The translations under genes were made by a program, and so were the position numbers. 64,000 nt of DNA from Nitrospirales bacterium (GTDB lineage Bacteria > Nitrospirota > Nitrospiria > Nitrospirales > UBA8639), in contig CBDCWC010000003.1 in NCBI GenBank assembly GCA_965223295.1, forward strand, positions 1,856,001-1,920,000. Direction: 5' to 3'. A model generated the notes under the pieces. That model was not told the origin of the DNA. It did not search any database and saw nothing but the letters and a program-made list of their open reading frames with translations. How positions within the stretch are numbered: the stretch's first letter is position 1; every line of letters begins with the position of its first letter. This document shows, in pieces, positions 44,299 through 54,315 of the stretch.

Positions 44299-45816
44299 AT
44301 GGATCTTCGCTTAGATTTACGTCTCTCTCAAAAGCTGGTGATGACGCCCCAGCTGCAACAAGCTATCAAGTTGTTGCAATTGTCTCGATTGGAACTGCAA
44401 CAAACGTTAGAGCAGCATTTGGTCGAGAATCCTTTGTTAGAAGACCTGGCGTTAGAAACACAAGAAGAAGAAACGGTGAGTTCTGAAGAAAGTGAAGGGC
44501 CGGTTAAAGCGACTGATGCTGAAAATAGTGAATCCGGAGAGTCTGATGATTCTCAGATACCCACGAAAGAAATTGAGCCACTGACTTCTGAAGAATGGGA
44601 TAATATTTTAGGAAATGATTGGCGACCAGCTCAACGTGACCAAATAGGACCAGGAGACGAGGAATTTCCCTCGTATGAGCAGACCCTCACAAAACCCACC
44701 TCACTGGAAGAGCATTTGGAATGGCAGTTGCGGCTTTCTTCTCTGGAGGGACCCGACCGAGATATTGCGCGACTCATCATTGGCAATTTAGATGAAGATG
44801 GATACTTACGCGTGCCGCTGGCAGAATTTCAAGATGATGCCCAATGTTCTGTTGAAAAACTGGAGGAGGTGCTCCAGCAGATTCAGACCTTTGATCCGCC
44901 AGGTGTTGCAGCGAGGGATTTACCTGAATGTTTGCTGATTCAATTAAAAATTCTCCGTCAGGATGAGTCGGGTATTGAAAAAACATTTCCCTCAGCGTTT
45001 TCGATGGAAGTCGTGTCAGGAGTCATTCGTCACCATTTAGTGGATCTCCAGAAAAAACGATATCAAGTTGTGGCAAAGGCTTTGGATGTGACCGTGGATG
45101 AGGTGTACGAAGCTGTACATGTGATTGAAGGGTTGGAGCCCAAACCTGGTCGTCCATTTTCTATGGACAGTAACTCAATCATCATTCCTGATGTCTATGT
45201 CGTAAAATATGAGGGAGAATGGGTAGTATTATTGAATGAAGATGGACTGCCACGGTTGAGGATTAGCCCATATTACCGACGCTTACTGTCGAATTCTGGT
45301 GAGGATGCAGGAACGACGAAAACGTATTTGGAAGAGAAGCTGAAAGGTGCACAATGGATAATTCGAAGTATTGATCAACGGAATAAGACCATTGTCAAGG
45401 TTGTGACCAGTCTCATTAAGTTTCAAGAAGCCTTTCTTGAAAAAGGGATACAGTATCTGCGTCCGTTGGTGTTGAAACAGGTGGCGGATGATGTCGGGAT
45501 GCATGAATCTACAATTAGCCGGGTTACCACCAATAAGTATGTTCATTGTCCGCAAGGTATTTTAGAACTCAAATTCTTTTTTAATGCTGGGATCCAGCGG
45601 GCTGATAATCGTGGGGAAGATATGTCTTCCATCACCGTGCGGGAGATGATCCGCGAAATGGTGGCTCAGGAGGAAGCAAGTAGCCCATTGAAAGATCAAG
45701 AAATTGTGAGCCGGCTCAAACAGAAAAATATCTTGATTGCTCGTCGAACGGTGGCTAAATATCGTGCGGAATTGCATATTGCTTCTGCGAGTCAGCGAAA
45801 ACGTATTCCCACCTAA
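44299..45816 (+). CDS. rpoN: RNA polymerase sigma-54 factor
   Basis: MTPQLQQAIKLLQL, MHESTISR, ARRTVAKYR box. Confidence 0.97.
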   Translation: MDLRLDLRLSQKLVMTPQLQQAIKLLQLSRLELQQTLEQHLVENPLLEDLALETQEEETVSSEESEGPVKATDAENSESGESDDSQIPTKEIEPLTSEEWDNILGNDWRPAQRDQIGPGDEEFPSYEQTLTKPTSLEEHLEWQLRLSSLEGPDRDIARLIIGNLDEDGYLRVPLAEFQDDAQCSVEKLEEVLQQIQTFDPPGVAARDLPECLLIQLKILRQDESGIEKTFPSAFSMEVVSGVIRHHLVDLQKKRYQVVAKALDVTVDEVYEAVHVIEGLEPKPGRPFSMDSNSIIIPDVYVVKYEGEWVVLLNEDGLPRLRISPYYRRLLSNSGEDAGTTKTYLEEKLKGAQWIIRSIDQRNKTIVKVVTSLIKFQEAFLEKGIQYLRPLVLKQVADDVGMHESTISRVTTNKYVHCPQGILELKFFFNAGIQRADNRGEDMSSITVREMIREMVAQEEASSPLKDQEIVSRLKQKNILIARRTVAKYRAELHIASASQRKRIPT

Positions 45817-45894
45817 ATTAGAGTAAAATAATAGAATGCATTCATAAGTTGTGTGACGAAACAAGGATCATTCGTACATGGTAAAATCATATTC

Positions 45895-46084
45895 GGGATT
45901 GTTGAATAATGATGGTAGCAACGGCCACATTTCGTCTCTGCGACGTCACATGTCAGAGGCTCGGGGCTGTTCAAAAGAGTCTGTCCAGCAAGGCCGCAGC
46001 CATTTTTGCGCGCGGAGCGTACTGGTCGTACGTGAGCACGGAAAAAGGGCGAGAACGCCGTTGGCGGCTTTTTTCAACAGACCA
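45895..46084 (+). mobile_element. MITE family 1, copy C
   Basis: GGGATTGTTGAATAA...TTTTTTCAACAGACCA; flanks TATTC/TTTTC. Confidence 0.8.
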
Positions 46085-46128
46085 TTTTCTAATGTTGGAT
46101 AATTCCTTGCCGGTTCAGGTGTATTCTG

Positions 46129-47049
46129 ATGATCGCTGAGATTTCTCACAACCCAATTGAAAATAGTGGATTGCCCCTTCAATTCATGATGGTGACCGGT
46201 ACCTCTGGATCGGGTAAAACCCAAGCTCTCAAGTGTCTAGAAGATTTAGGGTATTTTTGTGTCGATAACCTTCCTCCGGCTCTCTTTCAAAAATTCACAG
46301 AACTTTGTACGCAACCAGGCAAAGATGTGAAGAAGGTAGCGTTGGGAATTGATATTCGTGAACGAGCGTTTTTTGATGATTTGTTAAGCAATTTAGAAGC
46401 CTTACAAAATAATGGATCTCAGGTGGAACTATTATTTTTGGAAGCTCAGGATGACATTTTGGTGAGGCGGTTTTCTGAGTCACGTCGGCCCCACCCGCTT
46501 CTTCCCGAGAGACCGGTCATTGAAGGGATTCAATTAGAACGCGAACGATTATCGGGTCTCCGAAATCGAGCGCACCGGGTATTGGATACCTCAGAGTTTT
46601 CCGTTCATGATCTGAAGGCCTGGATGATCAAGCATTATCGAGAACGAGATGATGAACAAGCCTTAAAAATTAATCTTTTGAGTTTTGGATATAAATTTGG
46701 AATCCCAGTTGATGCGGATTTAGTTTTTGATGTTCGATTCTTACGAAACCCTCATTTTGTTCCAGATCTTCAACCGCTCACGGGAGAAAATCCTGAGATT
46801 CAGCAATTTGTCTTGGGCAATAAAGAAGGCAAAGACTTTTTGAAGCATTTACAAGAACTCTTTGCGTTTTTACTTCCATTATTTGAGAGGGAACAACGGA
46901 GTTATCTCAGTATTGCCTTTGGGTGTACCGGAGGCCGGCATCGTTCAGTTTCCATGGCCGTGTATATGAAGGATATTCTTAAGACATTGGGCTATGAAGT
47001 GACTCTTCGTCATAGAGAAATCCAAGAGGAAACTGTAGGAACGACGTAA
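46129..47049 (+). CDS. rapZ: RNase adapter RapZ (YvcJ family P-loop protein)
   Basis: GTSGSGKT, CVDNLP, SFGYKFG, DVRFLRNP, GCTGGRHRS. Confidence 0.95.
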   Translation: MIAEISHNPIENSGLPLQFMMVTGTSGSGKTQALKCLEDLGYFCVDNLPPALFQKFTELCTQPGKDVKKVALGIDIRERAFFDDLLSNLEALQNNGSQVELLFLEAQDDILVRRFSESRRPHPLLPERPVIEGIQLERERLSGLRNRAHRVLDTSEFSVHDLKAWMIKHYRERDDEQALKINLLSFGYKFGIPVDADLVFDVRFLRNPHFVPDLQPLTGENPEIQQFVLGNKEGKDFLKHLQELFAFLLPLFEREQRSYLSIAFGCTGGRHRSVSMAVYMKDILKTLGYEVTLRHREIQEETVGTT

Positions 47050-47337
47050 GGGTATTGTTGGTACACGAAAAATCGAGAACGGAATTCCGTCTCCTTCCAG
47101 CGATTAGCTTTTTCCTGCCTTGTTAGCGTCTGCACGCCTTATCCTGTTCTTTTTTCAACAGGCCTTAACTTGAAATTGAATGATTCATCAGTCCCTATTG
47201 CTGCTTATTGTACGTCCTTCCTTCGGGTTATTAGCCTAGCTTTGTCATAGTACATATATCTAGGTATAAGCTAGGCATCATATTGACTGATAGTAAATGT
47301 GAATGATGCCCGCTACAACTAGGGCTAAGGGTAAAGA

Positions 47338-48420
47338 ATGAGTCCATCCACCATGATTGTAAAAAAACACAATTGGCAACAAATGGTTCGGGCTATTTCA
47401 GCACGTTGGGGATGGGTGTCAAAGGGAGTTGGTATTGATGTTGGATCGCATATGGTGAAGGCGGTAGCTTTACAAGCTGATGGCAACCGATTGTCCTTAC
47501 GGGATTTCTCGACTCAGCATGTTAGTGGAAAATCGTTTGAGAGTGATGAAGCGTCTATAGGGTTGCTCAAGGTTATTCGACAAAAAGTATCGGTTCCTTT
47601 ACATGCGGTAGGAATCTCTCTCTCGGGACCATCGGTGTTTGTGAAATCACTGAATCTGCCGGTGATGACAGAGGCAGATCTTCGCGAGCATTTATCCTTG
47701 GAACTCGACCGGTATATCGCCTTAGAGGTTGAAGACGTATTCTGGGATGTTTACCATCGAAAATCCATTCATGAGCGTCACGAAGATCAACAGGAACATT
47801 TTCTTGTTGTGGCCAAAAAAGAATATGTCGCACGCCAGATAGATCGTTTTCGTCAATGTGGAATGACTGTCTCATTTGTGGATGCGGATATATTTGCGCT
47901 CGTTAATATGGTGACATACAACTATGGGAACGATGGTTCATGGTTACTCGTCCATTTAGGGCCAAGTGGAATCCTCATGGTGGGTCTTCTTGGAGGAGAG
48001 CCGGTGTATATTCGAAAAGGCTCGTACATGGCTGAATGGTACGGAGGTCTCTTGAATCAGGTCCTTCTCTATCAAACTGGAATGGATTCCGGAAAAGAAC
48101 TTGGAGCATCGGAGCTGCTCCTATTAGAAGAGTTTTATCAAGAAATTTGCGATCGAATTCGTGAAACATTAGAAGCACTTTCGGATGTGTCAGCGGCCCC
48201 GGTCGAGAAAGGCATTTTGTTGTCAGGTGGGTATGCCGGTGCGCCAGATATGGCAATGAAATTGGCATCGGCCTTGGAAATGCCGGTGAATATCGTAAAT
48301 CCTTTTCAAAAGATATCAGTTCTTCAAGCGATTCAAGAGGATTCAGCCTTTCAACTCATGGTCCCTGTGTTAGGAGTGGCCGTCGGCGTTGCACTACGAG
48401 GGGTGGTCCTTCATGATTGA
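47338..48420 (+). CDS. pilM: Type IV pilus assembly protein PilM
   Basis: VGIDVGSHMVK, DADIFAL, LLSGG, NPFQKI, GVALRG. Confidence 0.85.
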   Translation: MSPSTMIVKKHNWQQMVRAISARWGWVSKGVGIDVGSHMVKAVALQADGNRLSLRDFSTQHVSGKSFESDEASIGLLKVIRQKVSVPLHAVGISLSGPSVFVKSLNLPVMTEADLREHLSLELDRYIALEVEDVFWDVYHRKSIHERHEDQQEHFLVVAKKEYVARQIDRFRQCGMTVSFVDADIFALVNMVTYNYGNDGSWLLVHLGPSGILMVGLLGGEPVYIRKGSYMAEWYGGLLNQVLLYQTGMDSGKELGASELLLLEEFYQEICDRIRETLEALSDVSAAPVEKGILLSGGYAGAPDMAMKLASALEMPVNIVNPFQKISVLQAIQEDSAFQLMVPVLGVAVGVALRGVVLHD

Positions 48421-48979
48421 AATCAACCTTGCTCGTCAATTACAACCTGACGGCTTGGGCCGTACTTCTGGAAAATGGGGCTATGGGGTGATCTGTACAG
48501 TGCTCTGTTTGGCGCTGGGGGCGACAAGTTGGTGGTGGACTCAGTTCAAACAACAAGAACTACAATCCTTGCTACAAGAAAAACAGGCCCATACGCAATC
48601 TTCTCGTGATATTCAAGCCACTCTCTCCCGTCTAGAACAGTATCAACAAGACAAACTTATTCTTCGTACATCGTTTGACGAAATAGAGGCACACGAGGTC
48701 AATAGCCGGCAGCCTATGATCTTGCTACATGGTGTCAGTCAGAGTGTGGCTGGTCTGGATATTTGGTTGAACCGTATTCAAATGGTTGATCAGACCGTTG
48801 AGTTGCGAGGGCAATCGGTTACCATGCAAGAGATCGGAAAGTATGTCGATGCTCTAGAGAATCATGATGTGATTACCTCGTTGCCCAGCGTTGAAATTAT
48901 TGATCAAGAGAGTCAAAGTAAAGGGGCAGATTTTCTCTTTGTTCTTCGTTTCACGTTAAAGCCAAAGATGGAATCATGA
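48413..48979 (+). CDS. pilN: Type IV pilus assembly protein PilN
   Basis: MIEINL PilM-binding motif, TM, coiled coil, IWL. Confidence 0.8.
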   Translation: MIEINLARQLQPDGLGRTSGKWGYGVICTVLCLALGATSWWWTQFKQQELQSLLQEKQAHTQSSRDIQATLSRLEQYQQDKLILRTSFDEIEAHEVNSRQPMILLHGVSQSVAGLDIWLNRIQMVDQTVELRGQSVTMQEIGKYVDALENHDVITSLPSVEIIDQESQSKGADFLFVLRFTLKPKMES

Positions 48980-49569
48980 ATAATTTGTGGCAGCAGACCC
49001 CAACTTGGCAGCGGTCGGTGTTCATTGGGTTGGCGGTGATGTTCGTGATAGTGGGAATACATGCCTGGCTATGGAGTCCTCTAAATCAGTCCATTGCTCT
49101 GATCACTCACGATATTGCAGTCTTGAAACAAGAGAATGAGGAGTCTTCGAGGAAAATAGCCCTATTGAAAGAGGTTGAGCACGAGGTTGTACAATTGCGA
49201 GAAAAATTGTTGCCTCATCTTCATCAACTGTCAGATAAGGTGGAGCCTCAAGTATATCGAAGAGCTATCGTTGAAATTGGGAAACGGACAGGTGTGACGG
49301 TTCGTCTGTGGAAACCTACACATTCAGTGGCAGATGGCGAAATTCGAAAATCTCCGCTTGCTATTGAAGTAAGGGTTGAGGGGAAATTTTACGATACGGT
49401 TCAGTTTCTAGAAGGACTACTGAAGGAGGCATGGATTGAGACCGTCAACCCTCTCGTGCTGACACGAAAACATCAAGCTGGGGATTCCGCTGTGGTGACG
49501 ACGGATTTCATGATTCATGGTACCGGAGCCATAGGGCTACAACAGGCTAAAGAGGCGCTCAAAACATAG
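48976..49569 (+). CDS. pilO: Type IV pilus assembly protein PilO
   Basis: TM, coiled coil, IEVRVEGKFYDTVQFL; order. Confidence 0.75.
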   Translation: MNNLWQQTPTWQRSVFIGLAVMFVIVGIHAWLWSPLNQSIALITHDIAVLKQENEESSRKIALLKEVEHEVVQLREKLLPHLHQLSDKVEPQVYRRAIVEIGKRTGVTVRLWKPTHSVADGEIRKSPLAIEVRVEGKFYDTVQFLEGLLKEAWIETVNPLVLTRKHQAGDSAVVTTDFMIHGTGAIGLQQAKEALKT

Positions 49570-49612
49570 TGCCATGGACAAAGGAATTTGAGATGACCTT
49601 TCCTGGAGTGAG

Positions 49613-50167
49613 ATGTTAGACAAAGGGGGGAGCAGCTGGGTTATGAGCGGCACCAAAATTCCTTGTCTAAAAACCTCGAGATTTCTGGGGTCCGTTATTT
49701 GTATACTTTTGATCGTTTCAACCGTAGAAGGAAAAGTTCAAAAATTTTCTTTAGAATATTCCCAATGTAAAGAGGCCTTGGTTCAACGAACCAAGGCCTA
49801 TGACCATGTAGAGAACCGCCAAGATCCGTTTAGGCCGCTAACAACACGTCCCTCTGCCTCACGAGTTCCAAGGAAGTCTCAGTCTGAGATCAGGACCATT
49901 CTCCCAAAACCAAAACACGAGAGGCCAAACTGGAAGTTGTTGGGAGTTATTTCTGGTCAACAAGGGCGCGAGGCTGTGATACAGATTTCATCAGGAGAGC
50001 GAATGTTTGTAAGGCCAGGGTTAGTGATTCCCCGGTCTGGGTGGAAAGTTAAGGCAATTCGTGAAAAGGATCTGCTGTTAGAATTCTTCTCGCCAACCTC
50101 TTCTGGAACGGAGCCAGCGCAATCAAGAACGGTTATTCTGTCCTTCTCAGTTCTTGGACAATCTTGA
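49613..50167 (+). CDS. pilP: PilP-like protein
   Basis: RQDPFRP, WKLLGVI...AVIQ; position after pilO; start uncertain. Confidence 0.6.
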   Translation: MLDKGGSSWVMSGTKIPCLKTSRFLGSVICILLIVSTVEGKVQKFSLEYSQCKEALVQRTKAYDHVENRQDPFRPLTTRPSASRVPRKSQSEIRTILPKPKHERPNWKLLGVISGQQGREAVIQISSGERMFVRPGLVIPRSGWKVKAIREKDLLLEFFSPTSSGTEPAQSRTVILSFSVLGQS

Positions 50168-50168
50168 G

Positions 50169-50347
50169 GGGTCTGTTGAAAAAAGCCGCCAGCGGCGTTC
50201 TGGCTCTTTTTCCGTGCTTACGTACTACCAGTACGCTCCGCGCGCAAAAATGGCTGCGGCCTTGCTGAACGGAGACCAGAGGCCTCTGACATGTGGCGTC
50301 GCAGAGACGAAATGTGGCTGTTGATATCATCATTATTGAACAGCCCC
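50169..50347 (-). mobile_element. MITE family 1, copy D
   Basis: GGGTCTGTTGAAAAAA...TTATTGAACAGCCCC; flanks TTGAG/TTGAT. Confidence 0.8.
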
Positions 50348-50470
50348 TTGATAAAAATTCTGGTTGAGAAAGGCCAGAAAAACCTTCATAATCTCTTACC
50401 CTGATTGGGGTTTCAACCGACGAGCGTTTTCTAGGTTAAGGTCTTTTACTTATTAGTGGTAAGGATTGTT

Positions 50471-51631
50471 ATGTTGAGATATTTAAATGCAGGGGAATCA
50501 CATGGGCGGGGTCTGATGGCAGTGGTGGAAGGTGTGCCGTCTGGCCTGCCGGTCACGGCTGATGCGATTAATGTTGATCTTATTCGTCGACAGGGTGGGT
50601 ATGGACGTGGCGGACGGATGCGTATTGAAAAAGATCGAATCGAATTTATCTGCGGTGTTCGCAAAGGGAAAACATTAGGCAATCCGCTTGGCCTCTTGAT
50701 TTGGAATAAAGATTGGGAAAATTGGAAAGAGATCATGGCCTCCGAGCCTGGGCCACCTCCGACGGAACGAGTCGTGACGCGTCCGCGTCCTGGACATGCA
50801 GATTTGGTTGGAGCCATAAAGTATGGGCATCGAGATATTCGGAACGTTTTAGAAAAGGCCAGCGCCCGTGAGACGGCCATTCGCGTGGCAATCGGTGGAG
50901 TCGCCAAGGCGCTTTTAGCCCAGTTTAATATGCAGGTTGTGAGTTATACCATGGACATTGGGGGTGTGGTGGCTCCTTCCCAGGTTGATCCGCTTGCGGC
51001 ATATCAAGAAGCTGAACAATCAGACGTGAGATGTCCGGATCCTGAAGCCGCGAAAAAGATGGTTGAGCATATTCGCGGGGCCAAACACAAAGGGGATTCA
51101 CTGGGAGGAATATTTGAAGTCGTTGTGACAAATCCTCCAGTTGGATTGGGAACCTATGTCCAATGGGATCGACGGCTAACGGCGAGATTGGCGATGGCAG
51201 CCATGAGTATTCAAGCCATGAAAGGCGTGGAAATTGGAATGGGTTTTGAATCGGCGCGTCGCTATGGGTCAGAAGTTCATGATGATATTTATTTTGATCA
51301 AACCGCCGGTAAATTCATTCGGAAGACCAATAACGCAGGGGGCTTAGAAGGGGGTATCACGAATGGTCAACCTATTATCGTACGTGTCGCCATGAAACCC
51401 ATTGCCACCTTGTATAGCCCAAAAGACAGTGTGGATATTGAGACCAAAGAACCCTTTGAAGCGACTGTTGAACGATCAGATATTTGTACGGTCCCTGCCG
51501 CCGGAGTCGTGGGTGAAGCCGTCATTGCTTATGAGATGGCCAATGCCATGATTGAAAAGTTTGGTGGCGATACTCTTGAGGAGATGAAACGGAATTATCA
51601 AGCCTATCAGGAGTACGTCAGCTCATTTTAA
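50471..51631 (+). CDS. aroC: Chorismate synthase
   Basis: AGESHG, PRPGHAD, SARETA, MKPIAT, ERSD. Confidence 0.97.
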   Translation: MLRYLNAGESHGRGLMAVVEGVPSGLPVTADAINVDLIRRQGGYGRGGRMRIEKDRIEFICGVRKGKTLGNPLGLLIWNKDWENWKEIMASEPGPPPTERVVTRPRPGHADLVGAIKYGHRDIRNVLEKASARETAIRVAIGGVAKALLAQFNMQVVSYTMDIGGVVAPSQVDPLAAYQEAEQSDVRCPDPEAAKKMVEHIRGAKHKGDSLGGIFEVVVTNPPVGLGTYVQWDRRLTARLAMAAMSIQAMKGVEIGMGFESARRYGSEVHDDIYFDQTAGKFIRKTNNAGGLEGGITNGQPIIVRVAMKPIATLYSPKDSVDIETKEPFEATVERSDICTVPAAGVVGEAVIAYEMANAMIEKFGGDTLEEMKRNYQAYQEYVSSF

Positions 51632-51710
51632 TGGTGCGTGGAAAATTGTGTTCGTCGATCGTCAAAGCTATCCAATCGATTTGTAATCCTTTTCACCTGA
51701 CCTGCCTTCA

Positions 51711-52880
51711 ATGACGACTGTACCTGCCTCTCATCGTGTTCCAGTAGCTTTAGGTGATCGGAGCTATGAGATTCTGATTCAACCAGGTCTTTTAAGCCAC
51801 ATTGGCGATATTCTCCAAAGTATTGACTGTGCTGGACGTGTGGCCATCGTGACCAATCCTGTGGTGAATCAACTATATGGTCGCGTGGTACTCCGTGGGT
51901 TGCGAAAGGGCGGATTTTCCCCGTTCGTTATTCTGATTCCAGATGGAGAGAAGGCTAAAACCGTGCAGTGGTTGGCCAAAATTTTTGATGCGCTTGTGGC
52001 TCAACGGCTGGAACGTCAGGACACGATCTTGGCTTTGGGAGGAGGTGTTACCGGTGACGTGGCAGGGTTCGCGGCTTCGACCTACTTGCGAGGCATTCCT
52101 TTTGTTCAAGTGCCGACCACTCTGGTGGCGCAAGTGGATTCAAGTGTTGGTGGAAAAACCGGAGTCAATCATCCTCAAGGGAAGAACTTAATTGGAGCAT
52201 TTTATCAGCCTAAGACAGTGGTGATTGATCCGCATGTACTCAAAACACTGCCTTCCCGTCAATGGATTGCCGGTTTGGCCGAAGTCATTAAATATGGCGT
52301 AATTGCCGACAAACTATTTTTTGACTATCTTGAGCAACATGTAGACGAAATACGAAATCAGGCTGATGATGCAATGCTTCATGTCTTTCGACGCTGTTGT
52401 GAAATTAAAGCTGACGTGGTGGGGAGTGATGAACGGGAGGCAGGCAGAAGACGAATTTTGAATTATGGACATACCGTAGGTCATGCTTTGGAAGCTTGGG
52501 GACGCTATAGAAAATGGATTCATGGCGAAGCGGTGGGGCTTGGGATGGTTCAAGAAGCTTCTATAGGCCAGTATTTAGGAACGTGTGCAAGCGATGTGGT
52601 TGAACGGCAAGTTGATCTTATCAAAAGGGTGGGGTTGCCTACCGTCATTCCAAAACAAGTGAAATTTCGTGATCTGTGGCAGGCTATGCAACACGATAAA
52701 AAAGTGATCAAAGGGGATATTCATTGTGTTTTGCCTCAGGGAATTGGTGAGGTGTGTGTGGTGCCATTAGTTCGTGAATCTCTACGGAAATGGTTTTCAC
52801 GTCAACCGCCATCTTCTTCAAGATTCGAGAAAAGGATTCGACAATCTTCATCTCGTTCACGACCATCACACAAAAAATAA
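51711..52880 (+). CDS. aroB: 3-dehydroquinate synthase
   Basis: GGGVTGDVAGF, DSSVGGKTG, LNYGHT, HGEAV. Confidence 0.97.
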   Translation: MTTVPASHRVPVALGDRSYEILIQPGLLSHIGDILQSIDCAGRVAIVTNPVVNQLYGRVVLRGLRKGGFSPFVILIPDGEKAKTVQWLAKIFDALVAQRLERQDTILALGGGVTGDVAGFAASTYLRGIPFVQVPTTLVAQVDSSVGGKTGVNHPQGKNLIGAFYQPKTVVIDPHVLKTLPSRQWIAGLAEVIKYGVIADKLFFDYLEQHVDEIRNQADDAMLHVFRRCCEIKADVVGSDEREAGRRRILNYGHTVGHALEAWGRYRKWIHGEAVGLGMVQEASIGQYLGTCASDVVERQVDLIKRVGLPTVIPKQVKFRDLWQAMQHDKKVIKGDIHCVLPQGIGEVCVVPLVRESLRKWFSRQPPSSSRFEKRIRQSSSRSRPSHKK

Positions 52881-52881
52881 C

Positions 52882-54138
52882 ATGGCACGTGCCAAGCAAT
52901 TGACCGGAGAAGAACTGAAACAGCAGGTGCGGGAACGTACTCGTGAGATTCATATTCTTCATCGCATTAGCCAGTCGATTAGTAGTACGTTGGAATTGTC
53001 GACCGTCTTAAAAGAAATTGTCGAGGTGGTGGTTGAAGTGACGAAAGCTGATGCCTGTCTGTTGTATCTACTTTCTGAAAATAGGGAAGAGTTAATTTTA
53101 CGTGCATCAAAGAATCCACATCCGCGATTAATTGGCCGCATTGCTATCGGATTGGGCGAAGGGATTACGGGATGGGTTGCCCGTGAGAAAGTGCCCGTGG
53201 TTATTCCTCGACATGCGAGTGACGACGCCCGGTTTAAATTCTTTCATCGTTTGCCCGAGGATCGTTATCAAGCCTTTGTGTCCGTTCCTATTATCAGTAA
53301 GGGTGAAATTATTGGTGTCATTAACGTCCAACATAAACGTTCCAAGCGTTATACCGAGGAAAGGCTTGCTCTGCTCCTGGCTATTGCCAATCAGGTAGGA
53401 GGAGCCATTGCGAATGCCAGATTATTTGATGAGATGCGCGAGAAAGCTCGCCGTCTTGAAACGCTTTCTCAAGTGTCGGAAACGGTGGCGTCAGACAGAT
53501 TGATTGAAGATGTCTTACAACTAATTGTCACGATGACGGCACAGTTAATGAACTCCAAGATTTGTTCCATTATGCTTGTCGACCAAAATACTGGGGAGCT
53601 TCGAATTTCAGCCACTCAGAGCTTGAGTGATGCCTATCGGCAAAAGCCCCCTTTGAAAGTCGGACAAAGCATGAGTGGACGGGCTGTCCAAGAGCAACGA
53701 CCTGTGTATGTGCCAGATGTGACGGCAGAAGGCGGATATTTTTATCGTGACCTCGCGAAGCAGGAAGGGTTGCACTCGTTGCTTTCAGTTCCTATGTTGA
53801 TCAAAAATACGGTGATTGGAGTCGTGAATGTCTATACTTCGACGCATCACGTTTTTTCTGAAGAAGAGGTCAAGACACTGCAGGTTATTGCAAACCAATC
53901 TGCCGTAGCTATTGAACATACGCGATTGCTAGAAAAATCTTTTGAGATGCAAGAGGCCTTAGAAGTTCGCAAACAAGTAGAAAGGGCAAAGGGTTTTCTC
54001 ATGGCATCAAAAAGGTTATCCGAACCCGAGGCTTTTAGGCTGATGCAACGGCAGAGTATGAATTTAAGAAAATCAATGCGTGAAATCGCTGATGCTATCA
54101 TTCTGGCCGAAGAACTTCAGCAAGCAACACGGCCGTAG
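52882..54138 (+). CDS. GAF-GAF-ANTAR RNA-binding antiterminator
   Basis: Two GAF domains (GEGITGWVA...SVPI; GQSMSGRAV...SVPM) and C-terminal ANTAR signature RKQVERAKGFLM...SEPEAF...SM..RKSMREIA. Confidence 0.9.
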   Translation: MARAKQLTGEELKQQVRERTREIHILHRISQSISSTLELSTVLKEIVEVVVEVTKADACLLYLLSENREELILRASKNPHPRLIGRIAIGLGEGITGWVAREKVPVVIPRHASDDARFKFFHRLPEDRYQAFVSVPIISKGEIIGVINVQHKRSKRYTEERLALLLAIANQVGGAIANARLFDEMREKARRLETLSQVSETVASDRLIEDVLQLIVTMTAQLMNSKICSIMLVDQNTGELRISATQSLSDAYRQKPPLKVGQSMSGRAVQEQRPVYVPDVTAEGGYFYRDLAKQEGLHSLLSVPMLIKNTVIGVVNVYTSTHHVFSEEEVKTLQVIANQSAVAIEHTRLLEKSFEMQEALEVRKQVERAKGFLMASKRLSEPEAFRLMQRQSMNLRKSMREIADAIILAEELQQATRP

Positions 54139-54187
54139 AGAAGATGAATTGTCATGTTTAGAGGCTTACATCGTGGTGATGGGAAGT

Positions 54188-54216
54188 TTGAAGAGTGAAG
54201 TGGGGACTTGTATAAT
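54188..54216 (+). promoter_or_regulatory. sigma70 promoter of nadE-glnD
   Basis: TTGAAG-N17-TATAAT, 10 nt before first ANTAR hairpin. Confidence 0.75.
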
Positions 54217-54226
54217 CGTTAACGTG

Positions 54227-54284
54227 GGTGACAATGAAGTCGCCGTCTTACAGTGAATGAACACACATAGGACAACGGCGTCCT
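54227..54284 (+). promoter_or_regulatory. ANTAR-target RNA: tandem hexaloop hairpins
   Basis: GGTGAC-AATGAA-GTCGCC; GTG-AATGAA-CAC; AGGAC-AACGGC-GTCCT; every loop has A1 and G4. Confidence 0.85.
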
Positions 54285-54315
54285 CGGTTCCTTTTGGAAC
54301 AGAGGACGTTTTTTT
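54279..54315 (+). terminator. Intrinsic terminator/attenuator overlapping the last ANTAR hairpin
   Basis: CGTCCTC-GGTTCC-TTTT-GGAAC-A-GAGGACG followed by T7, directly before nadE ATG. Confidence 0.85.

Noticed and set aside
47050-47165. Possible seventh MITE after rapZ (ends TTTTTTCAACAGGCC)
   Set aside because: Only one convincing end, unrelated interior and no matching duplication; at most a remnant
52774-52881. Longer N-terminus of the ANTAR ORF in the track
   Set aside because: Overlaps aroB by >100 nt; ATG 52882 right after the aroB stop is more plausible
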